Position numbers and translations under genes: made by a program. This document shows, piece by piece, positions 50,997-63,410 of a stretch of DNA of 64,000 nucleotides. The DNA is taken from contig OZ336873.1 of the NCBI GenBank assembly GCA_965287045.1, forward strand, positions 102,548,001 through 102,612,000, given 5' to 3'. Each line of letters opens with the position of its first letter. Position 1 is the stretch's first letter. Under the pieces are notes generated by a model, which was not told the origin of the DNA, made no database searches, and saw only the letters and a list, made by a program, of their open reading frames with translations. The stretch comes from Carcharhinus amblyrhynchos. Lineage: Eukaryota.

Positions 50997-51705
50997 TTAA
51001 CATTCCTCAAGTTAGCAGCTTATGGGCCAGTGATACTGAAATACTTCTGAATCAAGTGAAACTATGAGAACAAATGGAACAATTCATTTGATGTTACCAC
51101 CCTGCACAGTCTACTTCAATCATTCCCTTATGAAGTTCCTGAGGGCAGTTATTATTTATCTCAAATGGGATACACAGCAGCATAACGCTGCTGAATTTTA
51201 CCACTGTAGATAAAAGGGTTTAGTTAATGGGAAGGGGCGACCTAGATTGCTGCAATGAACTTTCTAAAAATTCATTAAAGTCTTTTCCTTTTTGGAATGA
51301 CATGCATTATCAACAGCGATTAATCTGGTGAATCTTTTGGTGAACTCAATTTATAAAATGCAACAACAGAGAGCCTTTTTGTCTTCAGATGAAAATCAAT
51401 TAGTGTAGGTAAGGCCACAAGGAAAAACTAACATCACTCATCACTAGCCTCTGGCAGCTCAAATGATTTGTCTTCCAAGCTTGGGTGATCAGGAGCTGTT
51501 GTAATATCTCAGGAAAATTAATTTTGTTTCTATATTCTAGACCGAGTTTCCCTGTTTGGTGGACCTTTACACAAATAACTTTTAATCAAGGCTGATCTTT
51601 GATTAATACCTTAGATGATCTCAGAAGAAGGCTCCTTTTTCATGAGCCCTTTTACAGTTTTCCCCAAGATGCTATGTGAAAGACAGGTCATTGCCTTTGT
51701 CCTTA

Positions 51706-51813
<108 letters not shown>

Positions 51814-54459
51814 TTAGCACCAAGATTTAACATTATCTGTACATCTGACATTTAAAATTGGAGAAAACAAGTTATAATATTACAACTTTCTTCTTTCAGT
51901 TCAATAAGAAACTGCATTTCAGCTTTGAGTTAGAAAAGAACTGCCAGGCATTGAAATGTTTCCAAAAATATTAATTTACTAATGGCGAAAGAGCACAATG
52001 ACAATTTAAAGCACCTCTTTCTTTAAATTATCTCAGGACACTGAATTATTTACCCATGCTCTGCAATTTTAAGTCCAAAGCATTATGTATCATATACTCC
52101 TGTTATGGGACATGAGTCTGTATTTCACCCATGGATGTAAGTTATTAGATAATGCTCTCAAAAAATAAGGGTTTCCTTTAACTGTTAATCATCTTCCTAA
52201 TAATTGCGAATTGCAATAGCAGGACTCCTGGATGCAAGATGCATCACAGAAACTTCTGGTTGAAGCAAAGCCTTTTTTTCCAATGCTAGTGCACTGTGTA
52301 TTTGGTAACATTATTATCAGTGCAGCAAAAAAATGCACTGATTGTTTTTGCCATGGTCAACAGCTTTTTAAGTATCCAATTGAAAATATACACCAACAGC
52401 TGGACTGTTTAATTTAACAGCTGCTTTGAAAATATAGAAACCTTGTTGTCTAATTATCACCAGAATTAACTATGAGATGCCATTGAGAAAGATGTACTGG
52501 CTGAGGGGTAAAATGATCGAAAGAGCAGTAAAATAATTCCACATAATACCAGAAAACTGTACTGCAAATAAGATACCTTTGTTTAGTTACCTAGGCTTCA
52601 CATGTAGTGCTACAGCAGAATGTACATTAGCATATTAAAAAATATACATCTCTGCAGGCAGAATACTTGCAAATGCTTCCAATCTGCATGTTGAAGCAGA
52701 CCGGCATATTCAGAACTGCAAAGTTTGGAGTCCAAACTACAAACTGATTATTGAATAAGCAGGGAAAATCAATTAAAGCTGAGCTTTTAAAGGATACAAT
52801 TCTGCATCAGCAAATATATTGCACCTTGTATGGTGTAGTGGACTGCCTAACAGAGTGCACTAAGCCATAAAAGAATTGTTAATATTTCAAGGTAGGTTGA
52901 ATGGCTGCAAGCCTCCAGGAGGCCACAATTAAGAATATAGATTGCAAGCAACCATAACAGACTAACCTCACTGGTCTGCAATACAAAACAAACTTCTTTA
53001 GTGCTATATGTTTTTTTTTGCAAAACACTTTGCGCCCCAATTCAACATGATATTTGGTAGAATTGAAATTCATTCACTTGCTTATCAGTCAAGTCAGACT
53101 CTTACATGTAAGTTTAAATCATCAGTAACACGGGTTTCTTGACAATAAATAACGGGTACATCTCAAACTACAAAAATCAAAATGCATTGTGAATGTAACT
53201 ATGCTACAATATTTATAAGGCATCACACATTTACATCATTGTAAGTAATGCTGACACCACATAGATCTCAGGTAATAACCATCCACCAATAACATTACCA
53301 ATGTAAAACCCCATCACCCCTCATCATCAACATCTTGGGGAAATGACCATTGACTAGAAGCTTAACAGAACTAGCCATTAAACACAGGAGGAGCAAGTGC
53401 AGGTCAGAGACTAGACATTCCATTGCTAGCGACTCTTCTTCTGACTCCCAAAACCTTTTCACCGTTTACATGGCACAACTCAGGACTGTAATGGAATATG
53501 CTCTACTTCCTCATTAAGTGCAGCTTCAGCTGCAATCAAAAGCTTGACACATCAACCCAATCCATCACCTTAAACATTCAATCCCTCCACTACCAGTGTA
53601 CTGTGGCTGCAGTGTATATCATCTGCAAGGTGCGTTTCAGAGACTTGCCAAAGTTTATTCGACAGCATCTCCCAAACTTGCCATTTCTACACCTGAAAAG
53701 ACAAAAGAATATGGAAGCACCAGTAGCTCCCCTTGAACTTCCTACTTCGCAGCACTTTTGAGTACTTCACTGGAAAGACTGCAAGGGGGGCAACTCACCA
53801 CCACTTTCTGAAGGACAATTAGAGATGGACAATAAATGCTATCCTTGCAACATCAACAGCCATAGAGTTAAAAGTGGTCAATTTAGAGTTACTTTTAACA
53901 AACGAAACTCAGTGCAATAATAAATCTATGGATGTGAATTATGCTGATAGCTTTAAAAAAAACTAGGATGGCTGCGACTCCTGCAGATGTTTACAAGATG
54001 GTGGATTACAGTTACAGCATAGTGAATTGTACAGTTAATGGATTTCATCACATCACAGTAATAATTTTCTGTAATCTTTTCAGAAAATCAGTGTAAAAGA
54101 GCAGTTTGTCTTGAGTCTTTCATCAACAAGTGTAAAGTTAATCGATATTAATTTAGATGTTTAGAGTTTAAAAGCTCAATAAACCTTTTGCTTTCATCAA
54201 TATTGTCTTCCACTGTAACACCATCACTTCATGTTAATATGGAAAATGAAATACAACACCATTATTAAACAGTGAAAAGCTTCTGCACGTAGCAAACACA
54301 ATTTCAAGTTTTGATAATATTAGTGTAGGTGATGAATGTTATTTCTAATTGAGTATTCAGAAATTGAACATTAATAGCCAAACCACAGCAGGATCTCTGT
54401 TATTAATAGAAACTACATGAAGACTAGGGTGCTAACTGACAATAAGTAACAAACCAAGA

Positions 54460-55320
54460 GTCAAACGTGGTGCTGGAAACCTGAAACACGAGCAGAAAAT
54501 TCTTTAAATGCATCTGTGAAGAAGGTCACGTAGTTCGAATTGAAGATCTTTCATCAGAAATGGAAAATGTTACACACAAGTTTTATGCAGAAGTAGGTGG
54601 GGGGGGGGGTGGTGTTGGAGGCCTGGCTGGTGAGGAAAGGACAAAAGAATGGATCTTGCATCGGAGGACAGGCAAGAGGGATTTAAAAAATGATGGGACA
54701 AGGCAAAAGGCGATGGCAAAAGAAAAATAATGGATGCAGAGCAGTTGTAAATGACAACAGCAGAAGCAGTGTCAGAAGCTGCCAATAAAATGGGGTGGAG
54801 ATGCTAGCACTAGACTGAATATAAACCTGTTGGACTTTAACTTGGTGTTGTGAGACTTCTTACGATAAAATGGGGCCAGAGGTCGCCCAAGTTGAGGTAC
54901 GTTCTTCAAGCTTCCATTAAGCAGCGCAGTTGACACTATGGAACATCTCCATTCATTTAACAAGAAGAATTAACCTGATCTGCATTTGACCTCCTAATTG
55001 AGGTAGACCCTGCATTGAGTAGCAAATGCAGTACAGTAAATTGAAAGTAGCAAGTTTATCAATTTTTCATTGGAAGGAAGAATTGGGGTCCTGGAAATTG
55101 GGAAAGGAGGGAGGAGAGTTTAATATGCTGCACTTACACAAGGTATTGTGGGAAGGTGAAGGGATGTTAGTGATGACGGTGGGGTGAATCAGAGTGTTCA
55201 AGTGTCCTTTCAAAGCTGAAAGGGGAGAAGCATCAAGCCTCAGGTGGCAAAAATGGTGGAGGCTGATCGGTTCGTTTGGACACTGGCTGGATGGAAGTTT
55301 GGGCGGGCGGGGGTGCAAAG
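54460..55320 (-). mobile_element. Degenerate Penelope-like element 3' portion (tentative)
   Basis: Starts with the second-family terminus, followed by purine-rich body sequence resembling PLE 3' regions. No intact ORF. Confidence 0.4.
54796..54864. mobile_element. Internally deleted copy of the same element (ends only)
   Basis: tggagatgctagcactagactg extension joined to ataaacctgttggactttaacttggtgttgtgagacttcttac. 11-bp TSD ataaaatgggg (54785-54795, 54865-54875). Confidence 0.7.
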
Positions 55321-55324
55321 AACC

Positions 55325-55815
55325 AATCTAAGACCAATCTACCCAGCCTACTCAACTTTTCATCTTTAATCTATTGCTTTGTTGGCTATGGCACTTCAAG
55401 GGCATATTCAAGTTTGTTTTGAATGTCTGAGGGGTGTAACTCTACCATCCTTTCAGGCAGAGTTCCACACGCCCACCACCTTTTAAATGGAAGAAAAATT
55501 CTCAACTTCTCTTTAATCTTTCTGCTAATTGAGTTAAATCAATGCCTAGTTAGTTACGAATCTTTCCAAGGGAAATATGTCCTTCCTATCCAATTTATCT
55601 AAATCCTCACATTTTATGCACAATTCAATTCAATGACCCCACAGCCTCCTCAGATCCAAACAACTCCTGCCTATTCAATCCCTCCTGTAGCTGAATTTCT
55701 CCATTCTGGGCAACATCCTTATAAGTCTCCTTGGTACTGGCTCTAGTGCAATCACATCCCTCCTATAATGCAATAACCAGAAGCGTACATAGTACTCTTG
55801 CTACTGCTTAACCTC
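55325..55815 (-). mobile_element. Old CR1 3' fragment
   Basis: ggcagagttccacacgcccaccac...ctgggcaacatcctt, a reverse-strand CR1 pattern. Confidence 0.65.
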
Positions 55816-55961
55816 TATTTTATTTACAACTCCAGGATAAACTGTGTCGACAGAAGAGGAAGATACGTAAAAAATGCTACAAAAGTGAACTTTGCAAAAT
55901 TGTATTTTAGTACTGTCTTTTTATTGTAGGATAAAATGGATAAAGGAGTCATCATGTGACC

Positions 55962-56688
55962 TGTTACAAATTCTGCCTGACAAGAAGCTTGGGTAGGTTG
56001 GTTAAGGGCATGGGGACAAGATCGTCTTACTGTCACTTGGTGCAAGATGTACACATTTGTAAACAACAATCTGGGCACCTGTGCTGATGGTGGATAGATT
56101 ATCAGTGTTGAAGTCTCACAGGGGGTTTATTAGAAATGTTAGGTTCTGTTAGTTAGACTTTACACTGTGCATTTAATTACAAGATGGAACTTGGGGTCCC
56201 AACAATAGCTAATTAGCACAGCTACCTGTTTACATTTTCTTCAGAAATCCTTGAATCTCAAACAGCCCATTCAGGCACAGACTGAGAGAAAGCAGGCGCG
56301 AGACCGACACAGGCTGGAAAGAATTGCTATTTCATCCTACACTCTGAAAGTCAGTTTTGGGCTGAGAAGTTATCTGCTGGAACAGGAAAAACGATGCAGG
56401 CCAGCAGGAACTGCAAATAGCTTTGGACCGGTTCCGGGAGGTGTCCAGCTAAGGGACAGAGCAAGTCTAATCACGGAGGGGGAATTTTCTGTTGGTTTAA
56501 GAGTTAAATGAGGGATCTTTTCTGTAGTTTAAGTTGACTACTAAATAGCGTTTAAACAAATTTGCTTCAGTTTGCTCATTTCAATAAAAATCTCAAAACT
56601 TGAAATCTCGTGGTATAATCCTTCCAGTCATCTTGTGGAAATCTGAATATCTTTCCAGCAGCTATCAAACTCTATAGGAATCATAGCA
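55962..56688 (+). mobile_element. Probable solo LTR
   Basis: Starts TGTTACA and ends ...tcatagCA, with AATAAA at 56583 about 100 nt before the end. No clear TSD. Confidence 0.4.
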
Positions 56689-57027
56689 GAAGTATCAGTA
56701 TGAATGCTGACATCATCAGAACAAATAAGAAACTTGGAGAATGGAATAGAATTCTTAGAAGAAGTGGGGTGGGTGGCAGTGTAATCAAAGTAGCTGTGGG
56801 AGCCAGTGGGTTTGTAGCAAGTATTGGTTGACAGTCTAGAAATTAAGAAAAGTCAAGGGAAGGAAGAATGGGGACAAGATTGTCTCACTGTCACTTGGTG
56901 CAAGATGTACACATTTGTAAATTACAAGCTGGGCAGCTGTGCTGATGGTGGATAGATTATCAGTGTTGAAGTCCCACAGGGGGTTTATTAGAAATGTTAG
57001 GTTCTGTTAGTTAGACTTTACACTGTG
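56010..57027 (+). repeat. 160-bp direct repeat (56010-56169 and 56868-57027)
   Basis: atggggacaagat...gactttacactgtg occurs twice, with about 7 mismatches by eye. Confidence 0.92.
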
Positions 57028-57990
57028 AAGAGGTAAAAATTAAAGGCAAGGTAAACAAAATTGTCAGCTTGGAACAATTAATAAAACTGCATGATCATAC
57101 TATACACGTGCATGTGTACGTAGGCATACAGGATGGTTGGTAAGTGGTTTTGGACAAAACTATTTCTGTTTGGGAAGGCCGGCAACATTTTTAAATTGGC
57201 AAAGGGGTTTTTTGAAAGACTAGTTACTGTAATCTACCTCCTCTCAAAATACTCTTGCAGGTAGCCTTAGATAGCTTTTAGTAAAAAAGTCAATGCCAGT
57301 TTAAGCAGTTCCCCATATACTATAATTGAGTACTCTGACTCATTTAATTTTCTCTAATGGCTGATACAAATCACAAGTGAAAGAAGATATAATAATGTCT
57401 TGATATTTTATTAACAGAAAATGACGCTAGCATAAAAATACAATAAAATTGAATCAAAAGCCAAGCGTTTAGAGTATCAATGCTGCTATCAAATTTTACC
57501 TTTACAGAACCGTGTGCATGTAATTGGAGGCTTTGTTTGATTCTTACATCTGAAATTCTGGAAACCATTTGGTTTTACTGTAAAACTGCATAAACTGCTG
57601 ATCGGTATTAAGATCCAAAAAAAACTGTTCGACCCACGTCTCCAAAAGATACAGCGGATCAGTAAACAAAAGAAGAAAAATCGAGTGGTTTTAGCCTGCC
57701 ATTTGGCAATTTTCACTGCCAGGACAGGAAAAATGCAGCTCCTACAGAAAATGGAACACTGTTGCACATGTTTATTGTGACACTTAAAAAGATTTGGTGT
57801 CCCAATGATCTTTTATCTTTCGCTCCACATGCTCAGTTTCATAATTTACTAACAGTACCGTTTGTTCTAAAATGGCCCCATCTGGAAATAGTAGTCATGA
57901 TGTGGGTATGCCGGCGTTGGACTGGCGTAAACACAGTAAAAAGTCTGACAACACCAGGTTTTAGTCCAACCTATTTATTTGATAATATAC

Positions 57991-58026
57991 TCACTAGCTT
58001 TCGGGGTTACCCCCTTCGTCAGGTGA
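57991..58026 (-). ncRNA. Minimal type I hammerhead ribozyme motif (mirror copy, sense to the CHM pre-mRNA)
   Basis: Exact reverse complement of 58036-58071. Confidence 0.75.
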
Positions 58027-58035
58027 ATGGAGAGT

Positions 58036-58071
58036 TCACCTGACGAAGGGGGTAACCCCGAAAGCTAGTGA
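58036..58071 (+). ncRNA. Minimal type I hammerhead ribozyme motif
   Basis: tcac-CTGACGA-a-gggg(gtaa)cccc-GAAA-gcTA-gtga. Has the core CUGANGA and GAAA, helix II, helix I tcac/gtga and a palindromic vestigial helix III (AGCT); predicted cut after 58067. Confidence 0.75.
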
Positions 58072-60112
58072 GTATATTATCAAATAAATAGGTTGGACTA
58101 AAACCTGGTGTTGTCAGACTTTTTACTGTGTTCCCATCTGGAAATACAGCCTTGCCTTTTCCACTCACTGGGCTCCATTCTGTCTTTTAAATCATCCCGT
58201 CAGCATACCACAAAAAACTTGAGTCATGTCACGAGCAGAGGAATTTTCCTCCAGAGTTCACCACTGCAATGAAATTTGTTCTTCTCCTACCATCAAAATA
58301 ACATTGTCAAAAAAGATTTTAACACTAAGTTTGTTATTGGGCCAAACAATTGTGATGATAATTTTTATTTTTTTGTGGCAGCGACAAGTTAACTTTTAGG
58401 ATATCTTAAGTCAGTTACTTTTTCCAGAGGTACAATTAAACTCTCACCTTCACATAATGAAAATAAATTTTGATTGCGTATTACTGCAAAAGAAAGACAA
58501 GATGACTTAGATGTGAGCCATTGGTTCAGCACTTGAGTGGACTACACAAATAGTTTGAGACCTCCATCTCACACCAGCCTAAATTCACAATGGCTGTTGT
58601 ATAGGTGTCTCTTCATATGTGAGACAGCAAAAAATAATTATGCTATACCACTGAGGGGTGGGGGGTGTAGCAAGAATATCTTTTTGGGTGCAAGCCACAT
58701 CAGCATTAAATGGCAAACCAAAGTTCCCCTTTTCAGTTGGTGTGATTTTCCCCAGCTTTTTTTTTGTTGAGTGAGTTGACAGATGATAACATGAGTAAGA
58801 ATATATTTCACGATAAAATTGCAAAGTAACTACAGATTTAATAATAGATTATCGTTAGGAGTATTTGATGTATACACACAGTATAGCTTAAGTATATGAT
58901 CTTAAACTGCTTAGCCACTGTATGTAAAATTTCCTGAACAAACTTTTCCCAATATTAGGCCTGAGTTTCTCTTGGGGCCTGGCTCGAGCTCTGTTCCAGC
59001 AGTCACACTTTCATCATTAGAACAACTCAGGCATCCGCACATTTAGTGAGCATCATGACTTGTTTGGGACCCTTCACATGAATGAACAGGGACAACTTGT
59101 GTCTCACCATTTTTTAGCTAATTTTTCCCCAAGTAATTTGAAACGTCATTTCTGCATCTTTTGCATTCCATCAAAACCTAACAGTTGAAATTCAAAGTAA
59201 TTGTTAAAACATTTAGAAATATACCTGTGTTCTCTGGCAGTGCTTATGAACACTGTTAGTGATCAATTCACTCCATTTTGCCCCACAACACATGCTGCCA
59301 TGCCTCAGTCCCTCCCTGAATGCTGCCAGGCCCTGTCGGCCTCCTAGCTTTGGTAAGCAACCCCGGTCCTCAAACTGCCAGAAACCAACCTGCCACTTTG
59401 CTTAGAATTGCGACTCAAGTTCAAGACTCATCTATTACTTCCTCAATCTGGAATGTCTCCATCCCTGATGTTCCACTTTCATTTGTACTTACCATGATCA
59501 ATTACACCATTATCTGAATGTCCCCAACCTATTCGGAAGAACAATTTGGCTCCAAAAGTACTGAACAACTTTTAACAAAGCTAAAGTAAAGAAAGGCAGC
59601 TCACCATCATGTAGAAGGCTGCCCATCATCACATTCTCAAAGACAAATAGGGATGGGCAATAAATTTTGGCTGAGTCAACAAGAGCCCATAAATTTTTTT
59701 TAAATGATAAAAACATAAGTGAGGTTCTCCTTTAAATCTGAGCATAAGCATTGAAAATCAACTCCATGGATTATGAAACCGTTAAAGCATACAACCTACC
59801 AAGGAAATGCTTGCAGAAAGAACTATTGGTCTTGCATTAATTTTCACATTAAAATATACTGAGTTTTACATTCACTTCTAATATAAAATTGTTGCGAAAC
59901 AGTTCATTTGCCTTTTTTTCTAAAACTGATATACTTCCCACAATGTAGAAGGTGCTTCCAACTCCAGCAACTATATTCAGAAAACCAATCCCAGGCATAC
60001 TGATTTTGTTTAAACTTCGTAGTTCCAGTTATGCTAATTCTCTAAGGATTCAGGAAAAATCAGTACTTTTGTTTGCTCTTCCAACTCTTGTGTGTGATAA
60101 GTGCTTATGTAC

Positions 60113-60900
60113 ATAATAACATAAGAAATAGGAGCAGGAGTAGGCCATCTAGCCCTTCGAGCCTGCCCTGCCATTCAGTAAGATCATGGCTGATCTGAAG
60201 TGGATCAGTTCCACTTTCCCGCTTTCTCCCCATAACCCTTAATTCCCTTGTCTATCAAAAACCTATCTACCCGTGACTTAAATATATTTAGCGAGGTAGC
60301 CTCCACCACTTCAACAGGCAGAGAATTCCAGAAATTCACTACCCTTTGAGTGAAGAAGTTCCTCAACTCTGAGCTAAACTGCTCCCCCCCTTATCTTGAG
60401 GCTGTGCCCTCTAGTCCTGCTATCCTTTCTAAGCAGGAAGAATCTCTCTACCTCTACCCTATCCATCCCCTTCATTATCTTATACGTCTCTGTAAGATCC
60501 CCCTCATCCTTCTAAACTCCAACGAGTACAGACCCAGTCTATTTAGTCTCTCTTCATAGTCCAGCCCCCTCATATCCAGTATCAGTCTAGTGAACCTCCT
60601 CTGCACTCCCTGCAAGACCAATATATCCTTGTGCAAGTGCAGCAGCCAAAACTGCACAACAGTACTCCAGCTGCGGTCTCACCAGTACCCTGTACAGTTG
60701 AGCAAGACCTCCCTACTTTTATATTCTATCCCCCTCGCTATAAAGGCCAGCATTCCATTTGCCTTCTTGATCACCTGCTGCACCTGCAGACTGGGTTTTT
60801 GTGACTCATGCACAAGGACCCCCAGGTCCCTCTGCACCGTAGCATACTGCAGCTTTTCGCCCTTTAAATATAATCCCTCCTACTATTACTTCCACCAAAG
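60113..60900 (-). mobile_element. CR1 3' fragment (same subfamily as 2563-3173)
   Basis: GVQRRFTRLILDMRGLDYEERLNRLGLYSLEFRRMRG; shared 3' UTR gatccacttcagatc. Confidence 0.92.
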
Positions 60901-63221
60901 TGAATAATGTCCAATGGTAAAACACCCCACGAGATCCCAACTCCCCAGTTAGACCGCATCTGGATTGTGAAGAGTAGTTCTGGGCACCACATTTTAGGAA
61001 GGATATTTTGGCACTGGAGGAACTGCAGTGTTGGTTTGCTGGCATGACAGATACCTCGGTTCTGATTTTACCAGTACGGCCACCCAAGGTTTGTAAGATT
61101 CTGCCCAGGGTTAATGGGGAATGCAATTCTGTGAACCTCGCCTGCCCCAATTTTGGGGCAGTTGTGCCAGTAAACTAAGGGTCCTAGACTAAATATTAAG
61201 TTACTTGGTGAAATTACACAACCAGAGTTGTATTTCCTCAAATATAGAAAGTTTGAGGGCAATTTGATCATATTAAAATAATAATGGGAGCAGATGTAGT
61301 AGACAGAAATTACTTGAGTGAAATTAGGAAATACTTCCACACACATGGCATGGACCCTGTGGACCAAATGGCCTCTTCTGTGTGGCAATGACTATAACCA
61401 AGCGGTACAAGCTTGGAACTCTTCCACAACCAATAATTAATGCCAGATCAATTACAGATGTTAAATCTGATATTTTATAGATTGTTATCTATAGGTAGGA
61501 TAAGCTTAACACCCGGAGAGAAAGTTAGGTTTTTGGGGTTGGACAGACAGACAGACAAAAGTGCTCTGCCATTTTTTTTGGTTCACATCCAACCCTTATT
61601 GCTCTGTGATGTCTTACCCTTGTATTTTGGCTTGCTGTCTTCTCATCTCCTGGGCCTTTTCTTTTTAATTAAATGTAGATAATTACTCCTGATGGTTTTT
61701 TCTTTTGTGGGGTGGTGAATGAGGAGTATCTTCATGTGGGGTGATGGGGAGAATGGGTTGTGGGGAAGAGGAATGCAGGGTGATGGTCTGGTTCTGCCAT
61801 ATTTTAGGTGGTTGAGAGAAAGTGGTTTTTGAGCTGGTGTGTTGGGGGAGGGGGCTGGTAGGTTTGGGGTTTGTGTGTTTCTGGAGGCTGTGGTGGATAT
61901 CAAGGTAGGGTGTGTGTTGGAGAGTTTTTGGTGGGGGGGGGCGGTTCCTGGCTGGGGAGGTTTTGTGTTTTTTGCTGAGTCAGACTGCTTCTTTTTGCAG
62001 GGGGTGGAGTAGCAAGTAGGCTACTAGGTGTGGTGGGGCGGGGGAGGTCAGGCAGTGTGGAAGGACAGTGGGGTGGATTGTCCTGGGGGTTTCCTAATAG
62101 GGATGGTGATGGGTAGGTTGTGGGTTGAAAGGTGGATTGTTATCTTCCAATGTCCTGGCACTTTTGCCTCCCGTGTGTGTCTGTTTGGGTGGGTGCAAGG
62201 ACATCCTCGTTTATCTGGATGGTTTATGGGTTTGGCATGAGGCAAGAACTTTTATTAGCAGTTCAAAGATCACTACATTGACCATTTATTTATTAATTAG
62301 TGTCCCAAGCTTACATTAACAATGTAATAGTCAAAATTCAGCTATGATCTCAATGAATGGTGGACCAAGCTCGAAGGGAACACGGCACATTTTTACTTTG
62401 TGTTCCGCAAATGCATCTCTTATGCCCAATGTTGGGAAACATTTAGTTGCTACGCAAACATGTGTAACTTGTTCATTCCTGTGACTAAGGAACAACTTCA
62501 GTGAATAGATAATTTGAAAATGGGAATAAAGCAGAGAATTTATTGGGGAAAAGAGTTGTTTATCGGCAGACTTCCAATACCATATATGAAGTCGTTGCAG
62601 AACAGGAGCTGAATGTTAAATCACAACCAGTTGAATGCTTCAGTTCTTAGCAGCATCAATGGTCTATATTGGTACTGAAAAACGAGTTACACACTTTATT
62701 TTAGTGGGCTATTTGTCTTAATTGGCTGCATAATTTACTTGCATCCATTTGGAGAATATTTCATTATTTTAATAGCTCATCTGACACATCAACCATCAGC
62801 TACTGCCACTTCCTTATGAAGTATGAATTCACAAAATTGTGTCAGGCTGTAAGTGGGTCGGAATATGCAGCTATGGTGTTCAACCTACTCATTCCTTGAC
62901 AGGTATAAAACTTTAGTTGCATGTAGGTACGAAACAAACCGGAGATGAAATAAAGGACAAAACACCTCTGCAGGGAAGGAAAAGGGGCTGGGCAAGGGCA
63001 GGTGTTGCTAATATTTCCACAGAAACACTGAAATGCTGATTCGAACCTAGAGAAGTACCCAGAAAGACAAACAGCAACAACAGATAAACACGACAGAACA
63101 GAAAGCATTAATAAATAGGAGTTAATACTAAATACTGAAGAGGAGATGGAAACTAACAAAAATGCCCCTCGCATCCCAACAATAAGTTTGAAGCTAAAGA
63201 CAAATACACTTGGGTCACCAT

Positions 63222-63410
63222 CTATGCGGAGTTTGGGTTTGCTCCTGTTTCCTTCCACAGTTTGAAAGACATTCTGGTTGCACTGGCCATGCTAAATTCT
63301 CCCATAGTGTACCCGAACAGGTACCGGAGTGTAACGAATAGAGGATTTTCACAGTAACTTCATTGAAGTGTTAATGTGAGCCTACTTGTGACACTAATAA
63401 ATAAACATAC
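63222..63410 (+). mobile_element. HE1-like SINE (alternative tail), partial
   Basis: ggccatgctaaattctccc...cacagtaacttcattg...gcctacttgtgacactaataaataaac. Confidence 0.82.

Larger units (their letters stand above)
57891..58132. mobile_element. Non-autonomous Penelope-like (PLE) inverted-repeat element with hammerhead motifs, young copy
   Basis: Perfect 98-bp inverted repeat (57930-58027 / 58035-58132, 7-nt loop) with a one-sided ~40-bp extension. Flanked by 14-bp direct repeat cccatctggaaata (57877-57890, 58133-58146). Confidence 0.85.

Noticed and set aside
57930-58132. Reading the hairpin as a pre-miRNA, a DNA-transposon MITE or an assembly fold-back
   Set aside because: The 14-bp TSD, one-sided extension, hammerhead cores and two further diverged copies with TSDs of different lengths favour a genuine retroelement-derived insertion.
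62842-63258. 138-aa ORF containing QCFC, a possible CHM exon 8 (ELPQCFCR)
   Set aside because: No GRYGNTPFLFPLYGQGE upstream and no splice donor after the motif. Chance match; exon 8 is presumably beyond the window.
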